The notes: a model not told the origin generated them from the letters alone. A stretch of 64,000 nt of DNA from Burkholderiales bacterium (GCA_038205615.1 JBBRBS010000001.1:16174-80173), one strand, 5' to 3'. Positions 51,888 through 61,759 are shown, numbered from the stretch's first letter. Translations and numbers: made by a program.

Positions 51888-53858
51888 TTACTTTTCACTC
51901 CACTGGGCGCTAAGCTGCCGATCGATACGGGTCAGTCGCAGTGCGAACGTACAGTCCTCGCGGTGTATGGTGATCCCCCGGTCACGAGTGACATAGGCGA
52001 CGATCTTGTCCGGCGGTGCGGGATTGCAGCATTTGGCTGACCGTGTCATCAGGTTGCCCACGCCTTCGATCAGAATGCCGGTCGATGAACTGCGCTCTGC
52101 CGGCGGCCTGAGTGCCGGTCTGGCGATCGCGATCACCTTGTTGGGCAGCTCCGCCTGGAGGGCAAGAGTGATACGTCGCTGGGTGATTTCGTTGCGTCCG
52201 ATGGCGGCGAGCAGATCATCCGGTTTGTTGTAGTGCAGTCGTTGCGCGAGTTTTTCCTGATTGACCGAGGTCACGCCGTGCCGGTGCAGGTCGCGATCCA
52301 GCTGGATTCTGCCCTGAGCCACGCTTTCGTCATAATTCTGGTTTTTGAACCAGGCGCGGACCTTGGCGCGCGCGCGCGCGCCTTGCAATAATCCCAGCGA
52401 GGGATTAAGCCAGTCACGGCTGGGTCCGCCCAGCTTGGTGGTGAGAATTTCCACACATTGCCCGTTCTGCAACTTGTAATTGAGCGGCACGATGGCCCCG
52501 TCTACCTTTGCGCCGCGCGTGCGGTGTCCCAGATCGGTATGCAGCATGTAGGCGAAATCCACCGGGGTAGCTCCCCGGGCTAAGTCGATGACGCGGCCTT
52601 GCGGCGTGAGCACGTAAACCTGGTCGTGGGACGACTCGTTCTGATGCCCGGACACCTGTTTGATGTCATCGAATGACGCCGGCAGGTCGCCACGGTCTGT
52701 GAGGTCGTCTTTCCATTCCAGTATCTGGCGCAGCCAGAGGATTTTCTGATCGAGTTTGGCGTCCGTCTTGCCACCTTCCTTGTAGCGCCAGTGGGCGGCG
52801 ACGCCCAGTTCTGAATGCTGGTGCATCTCACGGGTGCGGATTTGCACCTCAAAGGCCTGACCGCGCGGCCCTGTGACAGCCGTGTGCAGCGAACGGTAAT
52901 TGTTGCTTTTGGGGCGTGCGATATAGTCGTCGTATTCGCTGGCAATCGGCGGCCATATCTGGTGCACCAGCCCCAGTGCGGTATAACAATTTTGTATGTC
53001 GTCCACCAGGATGCGCACCGCACGCACGTCGTACAGTTCATCAAACGTCAGATGCTTGCGCTTCATCTTGTTGATGATGCTGTAAATGTGCTTTGGCCGG
53101 CCAGTCACGTCAGCCGGTATTCCCGCCTCGGCCAGCGCCAGTTTCAACTGCTGTACGACATCATCGATATAGCGTTCACGATCGACACGGCGCTCATCCA
53201 GTAACTTCGCAACGGTCTTGTACAGCTCAGGATCCAGATAGCGTACAGATAAGTCTTCCAGCTCCCATTTGACTTGCCAGACACCGAGACGGTTGGCCAG
53301 CGGGGCGAACAGGCTTTGTGTCTCTTGTGCGATCCGCTTTTGCTGATCTTCGCTGGCACCCGACAGACAGCGCAGTGTCTGGGTGCGACAGGCGAGTTTG
53401 ATTAGTACGACGCGGATGTCGCTGACCATCGCCATCAACATCTTGCGCAGCACTTCGATCTGTTGGGTGTCATCAGCAGTCTTGTTCTGGCTGCGTATCT
53501 CGCGAAACTGGCGGATTTGCTCCAGGCGTGAAATGCCTTCAACCAGATCTTTGATATTGGCGCCGAAATCAGACTCGATAACTTCGTGCCAGTCCTCCAG
53601 ATATTCGGGGACCGCGTGCAACAGGGTGGCGGCAATGGTTTCAAAGTCCATGTGCATGCCGGTCAGGATGGATGCCGCACCCAGCGCGTGCTGCATCAGC
53701 GGCGTGCCGGTCAGCTCGACCTGGCCGGCATAGAGCGGCTCCGCCAGTTTGCAGGCACGGCTTATCACGTCGATCTGGGGTGTCGTGAAATCAGTTGTCA
53801 GGGTGGCCAGCCAGGATGATGTGTCGGCGAAACTTTGAGCACTATGGATGGAAACCAT
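51888..53858 (-). CDS. relA: (p)ppGpp synthetase RelA lacking the C-terminal ACT domain
   Basis: Degenerate HD (LLHAV), APLANRLG, GRPKHIYSI, EYDDYI, YRSLHT, EVQIRT, TGS, CC zinc finger; ends at QWSEK. Confidence 0.9.
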   Translation of the reverse strand: MVSIHSAQSFADTSSWLATLTTDFTTPQIDVISRACKLAEPLYAGQVELTGTPLMQHALGAASILTGMHMDFETIAATLLHAVPEYLEDWHEVIESDFGANIKDLVEGISRLEQIRQFREIRSQNKTADDTQQIEVLRKMLMAMVSDIRVVLIKLACRTQTLRCLSGASEDQQKRIAQETQSLFAPLANRLGVWQVKWELEDLSVRYLDPELYKTVAKLLDERRVDRERYIDDVVQQLKLALAEAGIPADVTGRPKHIYSIINKMKRKHLTFDELYDVRAVRILVDDIQNCYTALGLVHQIWPPIASEYDDYIARPKSNNYRSLHTAVTGPRGQAFEVQIRTREMHQHSELGVAAHWRYKEGGKTDAKLDQKILWLRQILEWKDDLTDRGDLPASFDDIKQVSGHQNESSHDQVYVLTPQGRVIDLARGATPVDFAYMLHTDLGHRTRGAKVDGAIVPLNYKLQNGQCVEILTTKLGGPSRDWLNPSLGLLQGARARAKVRAWFKNQNYDESVAQGRIQLDRDLHRHGVTSVNQEKLAQRLHYNKPDDLLAAIGRNEITQRRITLALQAELPNKVIAIARPALRPPAERSSSTGILIEGVGNLMTRSAKCCNPAPPDKIVAYVTRDRGITIHREDCTFALRLTRIDRQLSAQWSEK

Positions 53859-54654
53859 TGAGACTCACCTTAAATAATAATTGTGTGGCCAGCGCTAGCA
53901 GCAGCACTGCAAACAGTTTGCGCAGCACGACGATATTCATTTTGTGCGTGGCTCTCGCGCCTAAAGGGGCGGTGATGACGCTGGCTGTCGCCGTCCACAG
54001 CAGACAGGGCAGATAGACATAGCCCAGCGTGAAATCGGGCAAACCCGGTGCATTCAGGCCGGTTGCGATATAGCCTATTGTGCCACCGACGGCGACCGGA
54101 AAACTGATCGCGGCCGAGGTGCCGATCGCCTGTCGTAAGTTCAGATTGCTCCACAACAGGTAGGGGATCACGACGGTGCCGCCCCCAATGGAGACCAGGC
54201 TGCTCAACGTTCCGGCGAACACGCCAAACAACCTGATCGCACCGTTGCCGGGCAGTTGCCGTGATACGGGCGGACGCAGGTCGAACAGGATTTGCGCGGC
54301 GGCGAAATACACGAACAGAGCGAAGATGAATCCCAGCAGTTGCGTCGGAATGCGGGTGGCTAACAGGGAGCCGATGCCGGCACCGATCAAAATTCCCGGC
54401 GTGATCGTGCGTACCACGCTCCATTTAACCGCGCTGTGCTGATGGTGTTTGTACAGGCTGGCCAGTGCGGTGAAAATGATCGTCGCCATTGACGTGCTCA
54501 GCGCCAGATGCAGTTGGTGTTCAGGTGCAAAGTGCTTCGCATCGAACAGGAATAACAGCACCGGCACGAGTACCGTACCGCCGCCGATGCCGAACAGTCC
54601 GCCCAGCAGTCCTACGGTCGCACCAAGCAACAGGTAGGCCGCGATCCAATCCAT
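53842..54654 (-). CDS. Sulfite exporter TauE/SafE family protein
   Basis: GLFGIGGG..VP and SIGGG..IP repeats, AIGTSAA. Confidence 0.9.
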   Translation of the reverse strand: MDWIAAYLLLGATVGLLGGLFGIGGGTVLVPVLLFLFDAKHFAPEHQLHLALSTSMATIIFTALASLYKHHQHSAVKWSVVRTITPGILIGAGIGSLLATRIPTQLLGFIFALFVYFAAAQILFDLRPPVSRQLPGNGAIRLFGVFAGTLSSLVSIGGGTVVIPYLLWSNLNLRQAIGTSAAISFPVAVGGTIGYIATGLNAPGLPDFTLGYVYLPCLLWTATASVITAPLGARATHKMNIVVLRKLFAVLLLALATQLLFKVSLNGFHP

Positions 54655-54655
54655 G

Positions 54656-55126
54656 TCAGTCGTGTACCAATTGCGTGGTGATGTATTTCCATTCCGCAGG
54701 GTCGAGCGGCGTGATGGACAGGCGGTTACCCTGTTGCAGCGTGCGCATGCGCGCTAATGCAGGATGCATGCGTAATTCGGCCAGCGGAATCAGTGCGATT
54801 TTTTTGACCAGTTGCACGTCCACATTGAACCAGCGCGGCTGTTCATGCGTCGCTTTGGCGTCGAAATATTTGCTGTCTTTGTCGAATTGCTTGGCATCGG
54901 GATAGGCGGTGCTGGCAACCCGTGCGATGCCGGCGATGCCGGGTATTTTGCAATTTGAATGATAAAACAGCACGCCATCACCGACTGTCATGTGGTCGCG
55001 CATGAAGTTGCGCGCCTGGTAGTTACGCACGCCATACCAGGCCACGCTCTGATCGGGGAAGGTGGCCAGATCGTCAATGCTGACGTCGGCGGGTTCGGAT
55101 TTCATCAGCCAGTAACGCATAGTCAT
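54656..55126 (-). CDS. EVE domain protein
   Basis: YWLMKSEP, GVRNYQARNF, FYHS, RLSITP. Confidence 0.95.
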   Translation of the reverse strand: MTMRYWLMKSEPADVSIDDLATFPDQSVAWYGVRNYQARNFMRDHMTVGDGVLFYHSNCKIPGIAGIARVASTAYPDAKQFDKDSKYFDAKATHEQPRWFNVDVQLVKKIALIPLAELRMHPALARMRTLQQGNRLSITPLDPAEWKYITTQLVHD

Positions 55127-55384
55127 TCCAGTATGATAGGTAATATTGTAAATAATCTTTTTAAATCAGGTTGTTGCGAATTTATAGAGCCATTTGTCAT
55201 TCGCAGGACACCAATGGTACTCGAACATCGGGAATTGATTCCACTTTCGTCAGGTGGCCGCTTTGCAGCAGGCGTGGCAACTTCGCTGCGGATTGCTTTT
55301 CGACGGACATGGTGGCGTCGGAAAGTTTAGCGCTTTGCCACCTGCTGGGCGATAATCAGGCATCCGAATCGACTGGAGTTTTGC

Positions 55385-57166
55385 ATGTGCGGCATTTGTG
55401 GTGAATTGCGCTTCGATAAATCAGCCCCGGACATGGATGCGCTACGGCGTATGACGGCACGCCTGAATCTGCGCGGCCCGGATCACGAAGGCTATTACAG
55501 TGACGGCGCGCTGGCGTTCGGTCATCGTCGCCTGGCGATTATCGATCTCTCATCAGATGCCGATCAGCCGATGGTGGACGAAGCGTTACATCTGGCGCTG
55601 GTGTTCAACGGCACGATCTACAACTACAAAGAATTGCGCGCGGAGCTTGTCGCGATGGGTTATACCTTTTTCTCCGAGGGTGACAGCGAGGTGATCATCA
55701 AGGCCTATCACGCCTGGGGGGAGCATTGCGTGCAGCGCTTATACGGCATGTTTGCTTTCGCAATCTGGGATAAACGCACCGGAACGCTGTTCCTCGCGCG
55801 CGACCGGCTGGGTATCAAGCCGCTGTATCACACGCTGGATGGTGCGCGGCTGCGCTTCGCGTCCATGCCGCAAGCCTTGCTGGCGGGCGGTGGAGTGGAT
55901 GTCCGCCTTGACCCGGTGGCGCTGCATCAGCATTTCACGCTGCACGGCGTGGTGCCAGCGCCCAGAACCATCCTGCAGGGCATCCGTAAATTACCCCCTG
56001 CGCACACGTTAAGTTTTACCGCTTCGGGCGAAGTGGTGCAGCGCTGTTACTGGCAGCTCGATGCGACCCGTCCTCGGCAAACGCTCTCGGAGCAGGATTG
56101 GCTGGACGCCGTGCGTATCGTTTTGCGCCGTGCAGTCGAGCGCCACAGGCTGGCGGCAGATGTGCCGGTGGGCGTGCTGCTCTCTGGCGGTCTCGATTCC
56201 AGCCTGCTGGTCGGATTGCTTGCCGATCATGTGGATGAACTGAATACGTTTTCGATCGGTTTCGAGGCGGTGGCGGGCGAGCTGGCTGACGAGTTTGAAT
56301 ATTCTGATTTGGTATCGAAAGAATTTAACACGCGCCACCACAAGTATTCGCTGCCCAACGCCGAGGTGCTCAAACGCCTGCCGGATGCGATTACCCAGAT
56401 GTCCGAGCCGATGCCAAGCTACGACGCGACGGCGTTCTATCTGCTGGGCGAGCGGGTATCGACTGACGTCAAGGTCGTGCTGGCAGGGCAGGGGGCGGAC
56501 GAGGTGTTCGGCGGTTACTTCTGGTATCCGCTGATGGACGCCGAAAACGGCACGCCGCTCGAGCGTTTCTCGCGGCATTATTTCGACCGCGATCATGCCG
56601 AATATCTGGAGATGATGACTGACGGCTACGCCGTGCCCGATGTTACCGCCGAATGGGTTGCGGAGCACTTGCAACAGCCGGGTGCGGACGAATTTCTGGA
56701 TCAGGTGCTGAGGATGGATGTGACGCGTCTGATGGTTGATGATCCGGTCAAGCGCGTGGACAACATGACGATGGCCTGGGGGCTGGAAGCGCGCGTGCCG
56801 TTTATCGACCATGAACTGGTGGAGCTGGCAGCGAAGATGCCGCCGTCGTTGAAACTCAAGGAGGGCGGCAAGTTCCCGCTCAAGGCGGTGGCGCGCGGGC
56901 TGATCCCCGATGCGGTGATCGACCGTGCCAAGGGCTATTTTCCGGTGCCCGCGCTTAAATATGTGCGCGGAGAATTCCTGGAGCGGATGCGCACCATTTT
57001 AAATTCAGAAGCCTGCATCAAACGCGGCCTGTATCGGCGCAGTTATGTCGAAAAACTGCTGGCCGACCCGGAAGCACACCTGACGCGCATTCAAGGCAGC
57101 AAGCTGTGGCATCTGGCGCTGCTGGAATGGTGGCTGCAGATCAACGTCGACACGGTCAGCAGTTGA
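55385..57166 (+). CDS. AsnB-like glutamine amidotransferase (N-acetylglutaminylglutamine amidotransferase type)
   Basis: MCGICGE, RGPD, LSGGLDSS, GQGADEVFGGY, DDPVKRVDNMTMAWGLEARVPF, GSKLWHLALLEWWLQ. Confidence 0.88.
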   Translation: MCGICGELRFDKSAPDMDALRRMTARLNLRGPDHEGYYSDGALAFGHRRLAIIDLSSDADQPMVDEALHLALVFNGTIYNYKELRAELVAMGYTFFSEGDSEVIIKAYHAWGEHCVQRLYGMFAFAIWDKRTGTLFLARDRLGIKPLYHTLDGARLRFASMPQALLAGGGVDVRLDPVALHQHFTLHGVVPAPRTILQGIRKLPPAHTLSFTASGEVVQRCYWQLDATRPRQTLSEQDWLDAVRIVLRRAVERHRLAADVPVGVLLSGGLDSSLLVGLLADHVDELNTFSIGFEAVAGELADEFEYSDLVSKEFNTRHHKYSLPNAEVLKRLPDAITQMSEPMPSYDATAFYLLGERVSTDVKVVLAGQGADEVFGGYFWYPLMDAENGTPLERFSRHYFDRDHAEYLEMMTDGYAVPDVTAEWVAEHLQQPGADEFLDQVLRMDVTRLMVDDPVKRVDNMTMAWGLEARVPFIDHELVELAAKMPPSLKLKEGGKFPLKAVARGLIPDAVIDRAKGYFPVPALKYVRGEFLERMRTILNSEACIKRGLYRRSYVEKLLADPEAHLTRIQGSKLWHLALLEWWLQINVDTVSS

Positions 57167-57172
57167 TAATTA

Positions 57173-58342
57173 TCAATTATCAACTGTTTTTCCCAGTCGC
57201 CACAATGAAGTGAGTTCAGCCGATCGTGCCGCATGCAGCGGGTCGCTGGTGTCCGAGGCTCTCGGGTGATGCGGCTTCACATCGATTTTCCCCAGTACCT
57301 GCAAGCCTGCCGCCGCGATCGTTGCCAGCAGCTCGTCGCGGGTGCGCAGTCCCAGGTGTTCGGCCAGATCGGAGAGGATCAGCCAGCCCTCTCCGCCCGG
57401 TTCCAGATGAGCGGCAAGCCCGCCCAGAAAACCGTTCAACATGCGGCTCTCAGGATCGAATACCGCGTACTCAAGCGGCGAGCTGGGCCTGGCAGGCACC
57501 CACGGCGGGTTGCACACGATCAGGGCGGCGCGCCCCTGTGGAAACAGATCGGCTTCAACTACGTCAATCTGATCCGCTAACCCTAACCTCGTCAAATTTT
57601 CGCGCGCGCAGGCGAGCGCGCGCGGGTCCTGGTCGGTCGCAACGATGCGTTTGATGCCACGGCGTGCCAGCACGGCGGCCAGCACGCCGGTGCCTGTACC
57701 GATGTCGAATGCGACGGATTGAGTTTTGGTCAGCAGAGGCAAGGGCGCATCGTTGACCAGGCTCACATATTCTCCGCGAATCGGCGCGAATACGCCGTAA
57801 TGCGGGTGTATGCGTGCGTCCAGCGCCGGAATTTGTACGCCATTTTTGCGCCACTCGTGTGCACCGATCAGTCCCAGCAGTCCGCGCAGCGATAAGACGT
57901 AGGGTTTACCATCGTCTATGCCGTAGGCTTCCGCGCAGGCAGCCCGTACATCGGGTGCGCGGCGCAGCGGGAGGCTGTGCTCGCTATTGAACGGCAGCAG
58001 CAGCATATTCAAGGTGCGGGAACGCTGCGACTGCGCCTGACGATGCAGATGAAACGCATCCTTTGGTGTGGCAGGTTGATTTTTGGCTTTGCGCGGTTTT
58101 TCATCGGCGCGTCGCGCCATTGCCTGCAGCAGCTGGCGCGCGTTCTGATAGTCTCCGCGCCACAGCAGCGCGGTGCCCTCGCAAGCCAGGCGGTAAGCAG
58201 TGTCGGCGGTCATACGGTCGTCGGCGATCACGACGCGCTTAGGCGCTGGCGTGCCGGACTCCGATCGCCAATGGGCAGACAGATCGACGTCGCCTTCATG
58301 CCAGTTGATCAGGGGGCGGTTGATTGCAGAAATGGCGCTCAT
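57173..58342 (-). CDS. Class I SAM-dependent methyltransferase (HemK/MTS-like, NPPW)
   Basis: HYGVFAPIRGEY, DIGTGTG, CNPPW. Confidence 0.88.
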   Translation of the reverse strand: MSAISAINRPLINWHEGDVDLSAHWRSESGTPAPKRVVIADDRMTADTAYRLACEGTALLWRGDYQNARQLLQAMARRADEKPRKAKNQPATPKDAFHLHRQAQSQRSRTLNMLLLPFNSEHSLPLRRAPDVRAACAEAYGIDDGKPYVLSLRGLLGLIGAHEWRKNGVQIPALDARIHPHYGVFAPIRGEYVSLVNDAPLPLLTKTQSVAFDIGTGTGVLAAVLARRGIKRIVATDQDPRALACARENLTRLGLADQIDVVEADLFPQGRAALIVCNPPWVPARPSSPLEYAVFDPESRMLNGFLGGLAAHLEPGGEGWLILSDLAEHLGLRTRDELLATIAAAGLQVLGKIDVKPHHPRASDTSDPLHAARSAELTSLWRLGKTVDN

Positions 58343-59203
58343 TTAGCGGCCTTCCTCTCTCTTGATTTGCTGATAGCGCAGTTTAGCTTCGTGATCGTCG
58401 CGTGCGGAGGTGATTTCGCGCATCACTGAATTAACATCGGCGGCTTCTTCGTTTTGCTGGAAATGCCCGGTCAACGGTGTGTCGGGGAGCAATTCGCCGC
58501 GCTGATAGATCGCCCATATTTCCTTTGCGTACTGGGTGTCCATCAGTTCTGGTGCGAACTGGCCGAAGTAATTGGCCAGATTTTCGACGTCACGATCCAA
58601 CATGCGGCTGGCATTGTTGTTCGCGGCAGCATCCACCGCCTGCGGCAGGTCGATGATGACCGGACCGTGAGCGTCGACTAGAATGTTGAATTCGGACAGG
58701 TCGCCGTGAATGATGCCGGCGCACAGCATCAGCACTACTTGCCTGATCAGCATCGCGTGAAATTCCAGAGCCTGTTCGCGGCTCAGCTCAAGGTCATTGA
58801 GTCTGGGTGCTGCCGCGCCGTGTTCGTCGGTCACCAGTTCCATCAGCAGTACGCCTTCGTAGAAACCGAAGGGATGCGGCACGCGCACCCCGGCCGCCGC
58901 GAGCTTGTACAACGCATCGACTTCGGTGCGTTGCCAGGCGGCTTCCTGCTCTTTTCGACCATAGCGCGAACCTTTTTCCATCGCGCGTGCCTGGCGGCTG
59001 TTTTTAACCTTGCGGCCTTCGGTGTAGTGAACCGCCTGATGGAAACCGCGCTGGTTGGCTTCCTTGTAAACTTTTGCACAACGAATCTCGTCGCCGCACT
59101 GCACGACATAGACAGTCGCTTCTTTTCCGCTCATCAGCTGGCGCATGACCTGATCTACCAGGCCGTCCTCGACGAGTGGTTCGATTCTTTTCGGGGTTTT
59201 CAT
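58343..59203 (-). CDS. RIO1-like Ser/Thr kinase (PA4780 family)
   Basis: LMSGKEATVY, CAKVYK, LLMELV, IHGDLSEFNIL, IIDLPQAVD. Confidence 0.93.
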   Translation of the reverse strand: MKTPKRIEPLVEDGLVDQVMRQLMSGKEATVYVVQCGDEIRCAKVYKEANQRGFHQAVHYTEGRKVKNSRQARAMEKGSRYGRKEQEAAWQRTEVDALYKLAAAGVRVPHPFGFYEGVLLMELVTDEHGAAAPRLNDLELSREQALEFHAMLIRQVVLMLCAGIIHGDLSEFNILVDAHGPVIIDLPQAVDAAANNNASRMLDRDVENLANYFGQFAPELMDTQYAKEIWAIYQRGELLPDTPLTGHFQQNEEAADVNSVMREITSARDDHEAKLRYQQIKREEGR

Positions 59204-60150
59204 TCGTCTGCCAGATATTGGTCTGTCAGATACTCAGTCCGATCGCCGCGCAGGGAGTGAACTCGCGGTTTTACAGGATTCTCCAGCGCATTTTTGATCA
59301 TCGCCTCACGCGACGACGGGGATTCCAGGCTGATGCGGCCCAGTTTTCCGGCGCGGTATTCAGTCAACAGAATGATCGATGCTTTTTCGAGATCCAGTTC
59401 GCCGCCACGGCCCTTGATCAGGCAACCCCGCCTTTTGGCAACGGCTTCGATCACACCCACGCCATCCATGTCGGTCGTGTCAAAACCAAAGCGTTCGGCT
59501 AACCGCTCCGGATAGCGCGCCAGCAGGTTGTTGGCAAGATGCTCGGCGATTTCTTCCTCAATGACGGCATTGCGCCCGATGGCGTGAATTGCGGCGAGGA
59601 TAAAACCGTCTTCGTCGTGTTCGATTTTCGGCCACATCAGGCCGGGGGAATCGGTCAGTGTCATGTGATCGTTGATCTTGTGGCATTGCTGCGACTTGGT
59701 GACGGCGGGTTCATCGCCCACTGCGGCGACGCGGCGTTTGAGTAACATATTCATCAGCGTGGATTTGCCGACGTTGGGGATGCCCATGATCATCAGGCGC
59801 AGCGGCTTGTGGGGGCTGTCGCGATGCGGTGCCAGCGGGTGGCATAGTTTCGGAACACGGGCCGCATCCGTTGCGCTCTTGCAACTCAAAGCGACCGCCT
59901 TCACGCCCGGCTGTTTATTGTAAAAATCCAGCCATTCCTGTGTGGTGACAGGGTCGGCCAGGTCGATCTTGTTGAGAATTTTCAGGCAAGGACGCTGACG
60001 GTGCTCGCGTAACTCCCTGATCATCGGGTTGCAACTCGCTTCGGGTGCGCGCGCATCCAGTACTTCGATGATGACATCGGTAAATTCCATCGTTTCGGCG
60101 GCTTTGCGGCGCGCCGAGGTCATGTGACCGGGAAACCATTGTATGGCCAT
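59200..60150 (-). CDS. rbgA: Ribosome biogenesis GTPase RbgA/YlqF
   Basis: IQWFPGHM, DARAP, NKID, GIPNVGKST, DSPG (circularly permuted GTPase). Confidence 0.95.
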   Translation of the reverse strand: MAIQWFPGHMTSARRKAAETMEFTDVIIEVLDARAPEASCNPMIRELREHRQRPCLKILNKIDLADPVTTQEWLDFYNKQPGVKAVALSCKSATDAARVPKLCHPLAPHRDSPHKPLRLMIMGIPNVGKSTLMNMLLKRRVAAVGDEPAVTKSQQCHKINDHMTLTDSPGLMWPKIEHDEDGFILAAIHAIGRNAVIEEEIAEHLANNLLARYPERLAERFGFDTTDMDGVGVIEAVAKRRGCLIKGRGGELDLEKASIILLTEYRAGKLGRISLESPSSREAMIKNALENPVKPRVHSLRGDRTEYLTDQYLADE

Positions 60151-60293
60151 TTCTACCTCTATAAATTGATTTTTTGTGAGCTTTTGCCCTGTGGCAAAAT
60201 GCCTGCATAACCCACTTGGGCGAATGTCGCGTACTCGTCATTCGCTGCGCGGCTCCTTGCGCTTCATCCCTAAATTCTAAATTTCTAAAATTG

Positions 60294-61019
60294 TTATTGG
60301 GTGAATGGCGGTGTCAGCAGCGCCAGTTGTGCAGCATCTAGATAACACCATTCGCCGGGCGCCAGGCTCAGTTCGTCAAGCTTCAGGTTGCCGATCTGTG
60401 ACCGGTTTAGCGCCGTGCAATGATTGCCAGCTGCGGCCAACATGCGTTTAACCTGGTGATATTTTCCCTGTTCCAGCACGATTTCCAGGTGATTAGCGTC
60501 TATCATCCGGCAAGTTTGTGCAGCCAGGGGGGCGGGTTCGTCGTGCAACTTGACCCCATTTAACAGCATTTCAATCAGTTCTGGCGTCACCGTATCCTGA
60601 GTTGCGGCGACATAGACCTTGGGTACGTGATGCTTCGGTGATGACTTGGTATGTATGAACGCGCCGTCATCCGACATCAGTAATAACCCTGTGGTGTCGT
60701 GATCGAGGCGTCCGACCGGCTGCACGTCGCGCCGGGTGAACTGATCGGGCAGAATGGTCAGTACGCCGGGGTGATGGCTGGGTTTGCGGGAACATTCAAT
60801 ATTGGCCGGCTTGTTCAGTGCGACATAGACATGCTCGCGATAAATCCACGGCTCGTCTAAAACCGTGAATGCCAGTCCGTCGGTTTCAAGCGGGGTGTTC
60901 GTGTCGGTGATAACGTTGCCCGCGATACTGATTTCACCGGCGGCTATCAATTGGCGGCACCACTTGCGTGTGCCAAATCCTTGCGTATGCAGGATGCGAT
61001 CCAGGGTTAATTTGCTCAT
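60294..61019 (-). CDS. RsuA-family pseudouridine synthase
   Basis: S4 domain, LNKP, GRLDHDTTGLLL, GKYHQVKRM. Confidence 0.93.
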   Translation of the reverse strand: MSKLTLDRILHTQGFGTRKWCRQLIAAGEISIAGNVITDTNTPLETDGLAFTVLDEPWIYREHVYVALNKPANIECSRKPSHHPGVLTILPDQFTRRDVQPVGRLDHDTTGLLLMSDDGAFIHTKSSPKHHVPKVYVAATQDTVTPELIEMLLNGVKLHDEPAPLAAQTCRMIDANHLEIVLEQGKYHQVKRMLAAAGNHCTALNRSQIGNLKLDELSLAPGEWCYLDAAQLALLTPPFTQ

Positions 61020-61104
61020 GCGGTGATTTTAACAGAATCAAGGCGTTAACGCCCTGATAGCAATGGCGCTGCTTGCTTTTGGAAAACCTGATTGTTCGGG
61101 TTTT

Positions 61105-61176
61105 GCCGGGAGCCGCCCGGCGGCGGGTCACTTTCTTTGTCCGGCCAAAAGAAAGTGACTAAAGAAACGCCGCCCC
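61105..61176. repeat. Structured multi-hairpin intergenic repeat (MITE/ncRNA-like)
   Basis: GCCGGG..CCCGGC and GTCACTTTCTTT..AAAGAAAGTGAC hairpins; GCGGCG/CGCCGC closing stem. Confidence 0.65.
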
Positions 61177-61354
61177 GGTTTGCCGTGTTGTCCGCCTGTC
61201 AACTGTAGGTGGGCAACGTTCTCTCGGTGTTGCTTGGACGGGTGAAGGAGCGCTCAATGGATGATTAGGCAGCCCTAAAGCGGATAGTGGCGAAGGGAAA
61301 CAAGGTGCCAGAAGCGGATTCAGCACCTAAAGCAATACCCGGTAGGTTGAGTTG

Positions 61355-61759
61355 TTATTCGCTGCGAGATGGTTTTTGGGGGATTAGAACAAAATAGACG
61401 GCTATGCCCCATAAAATCAACCAGCTAATATCCAAAGTAAGTTCCTTCGTCAAAGCTTGTTGAGCACTTACGATCACCACGCAAGCAATAACTGTTGGGG
61501 TCAACATTACAGTGCCGGCCAAGGAGATTGCGGCGGAATTTTCTTTACACCTCGACCAAACCATAATGTAGGGCATAAAAACCGCAACTATAAAAATTAC
61601 TATGGTTTGAGGTACTTCGTTCAATATCGCCACCCAATCGCCGCCCTGTTGTATCGCAACAGGTCCGCCCTCCACCACAAAGTAGACGTAAATCAGCAGT
61701 GCTACATTTAGCATAAATCCCGCAAGTAATTGCACTGCATGGTTAAAAATTTTGCTCAT
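61355..61759 (-). CDS. AT-rich hypothetical 4-TM membrane protein (possible orphan immunity protein)
   Basis: 134-aa hydrophobic ORF; spot count of 61381-61440 gives ~37% GC against a GC-rich background. Confidence 0.65.
   Translation of the reverse strand: MSKIFNHAVQLLAGFMLNVALLIYVYFVVEGGPVAIQQGGDWVAILNEVPQTIVIFIVAVFMPYIMVWSRCKENSAAISLAGTVMLTPTVIACVVIVSAQQALTKELTLDISWLILWGIAVYFVLIPQKPSRSE

Noticed and set aside
55127-55384. 6S RNA or small gene upstream of the EVE gene
   Set aside because: No long 6S-like rod pairing or zapA/ygfA context seen; short ORFs lack SD and recognisable motifs
59206-59238. 15-nt imperfect direct repeat at the RbgA C-terminus
   Set aside because: Two degenerate copies in a variable tail; no evidence of function
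61230-61357. Integron attC site after the AT-rich ORF
   Set aside because: TAAC follows the stop but the RYYYAAC/GTTRRRY boxes and internal palindrome could not be matched; no integrase nearby
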